A DNA stretch of 64,000 nt from Chiloscyllium plagiosum (Eukaryota): NCBI RefSeq assembly GCF_004010195.1, contig NC_057752.1:603908-667907 (forward strand), in the 5' to 3' direction. Numbering within the stretch: the first letter of the stretch is position 1; every line of letters starts with the position of its first letter. The notes under the pieces were generated by a model that saw only the letters and a list, made by a program, of their open reading frames with translations, had not been told where the DNA came from and did no database searches. The translations under genes were made by a program, and so were the position numbers. This document shows positions 62,648-64,000 of the stretch, piece by piece.

Positions 62648-64000
62648 AGAGGGTGATGGCGGAAGGTTGCTTTTCAGACTGGAGGCCTGTGACTGGTGGT
62701 GTGCCACAAGGATCAGTGCTGCATCTACTGCTTTTCGGCATTTTTGTAAATGATTTGGATGTGAACATAGAAGGTATAGTTAGTAAGTTTGCAGATGACA
62801 CCAAAAGAGGAATAGCAGATGGAGTTTAATTCAGATAAATATGAGGTGCTGCATTTTGGAAAGACTTATACACTTAATGGTAAGGTCCTGGGAGTGTTGC
62901 TTGCAAATTCATAGTTCTTTGAAAGTGGAGTCGCAGGTAGATAGGATAGTGAAGAAGGCTTTTGGTATGCTTTCCTTTATTGGTCAGAATATTGAGTATA
63001 GGAGTTGGGAGGTCATGTTGGGGCTGTACAGGACATTGGTTAGGACACTTTTGGAATATTGTGTGCAATTCTGGTCTCCGTCCTACTGGGAGGATGTTGT
63101 GAAACTTGAAAGGGTTCAGAAAAGATTTACAAGGATGTTGCCAAGGTTAGACGGTTTGAGCTATAGGGAGAGATTGAAAAGGCTGGGGCTGTTTTCCCTG
63201 GAGCGTCGGAGGCTGAGGGGTGACCTTATAGAGGTTTATAAAATCATGAGGGATATGGATTGGATAAATAGACAAAGTCTTTTCCCTGGGTTCGGGGAGT
63301 CCAGAACTAGAGCGCATAAAGGTTTAGGGTTAGAGGGGAAAAATTTAAAAGGGACCCGAAGGGCAACTTTTTCACGCAGAGGGTGGTGCGTGTATGGAAT
63401 GAGCTGCCAGAGGACGTGGTGGAGACTAGTACAATGACGACATTTAAAAGGCATCTGGATGGGTATATGAATAGGAAGGGTTTGGAGGGATATGGGCCAA
63501 GTGCTAGCAAATGAGACTAGATTAGATTAGGATATCTGGTTGGCATAGACAAGTTGGACCGAAGAGTCTGTTTCCATGCTGTACATTTCTATGACTCTTT
63601 AGAGTGGATTTGTATTTTTGTTGTATTATGTCACATAATTCTCTAATATTTATTAAAGTATTTAAAATCTGACTATGTGTGGAATCATGTTCTGCACCCA
63701 TTGCCCAAGCTCTGTCACTACTGAACCTCTTGTAAACCTCCTCTTGTCACCACTGCGGTGAGTAGATGAGTGTTCCTGGAAAGTGAGTCCACAATAATGA
63801 AATATGTCTAGTCTTATAATTTTTTTAACAATTGATGAACATCATTATGTAGGCAATAGACCTATCATTCTCAGTCAGAAGATGCAATATCAGAAAGGCC
63901 ATTCAGCCTAATTGATCTATGTTGGTGCTAATGCTCCACACAAACCTCCTTCCACCCTATTTCTTTGAATTCCATCGTCTTATATTTATATTCCTCTTTC

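Larger units (their letters stand above)
62258..63598 (+). mobile_element. CR1 LINE 3' portion with a palindromic insertion
   Basis: GVPQGSVL, KFADDTK and EYCVQFWSP peptides; 3' tail. Confidence 0.92.

Noticed and set aside
62841..63437. Intact RT gene
   Set aside because: Truncated, internally deleted CR1 3' fragment.
1..64000. Prokaryotic systems (CRISPR array, operons, retrons)
   Set aside because: Spliced vertebrate genes and vertebrate TEs throughout; no regularly spaced repeat-spacer array seen.

Overview
Eukaryotic vertebrate DNA, most likely a shark or other elasmobranch (inferred from HE1-type V-SINEs, DeuSINEs and HER1-like CR1 LINEs). It holds the conserved CDK4-TSPAN31-AGAP2 block: the last coding exon of CDK4 (+, 943-1032), four TSPAN31 coding exons (-, 22447-30617) with a U12-type minor-spliceosome intron and two exons probably lost in a 500-N gap, and the first coding exon of an AGAP-family gene (AGAP2 by synteny; +, 50701-50863). 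Most of the remainder is repeat debris: CR1 LINEs, SINEs, Penelope-like elements, Gypsy and pogo remnants, and MITEs. Nearly all ORFs in the track are TE fragments or spurious. The most notable observations are (1) an LTR chimera with a tRNA-Pro copy spanning nt 38-76 that stops exactly at m1G37, resembling a fossil aberrant reverse-transcription intermediate; (2) several families of short, often palindromic, TSD-flanked Penelope-derived insertions carrying minimal type-I hammerhead ribozymes; and (3) a chain of phase-compatible candidate exons of an unrecognised gene or pseudogene between TSPAN31 and AGAP2. Gene names come from recalled similarity to human proteins, not from a search. Repeat boundaries are approximate.
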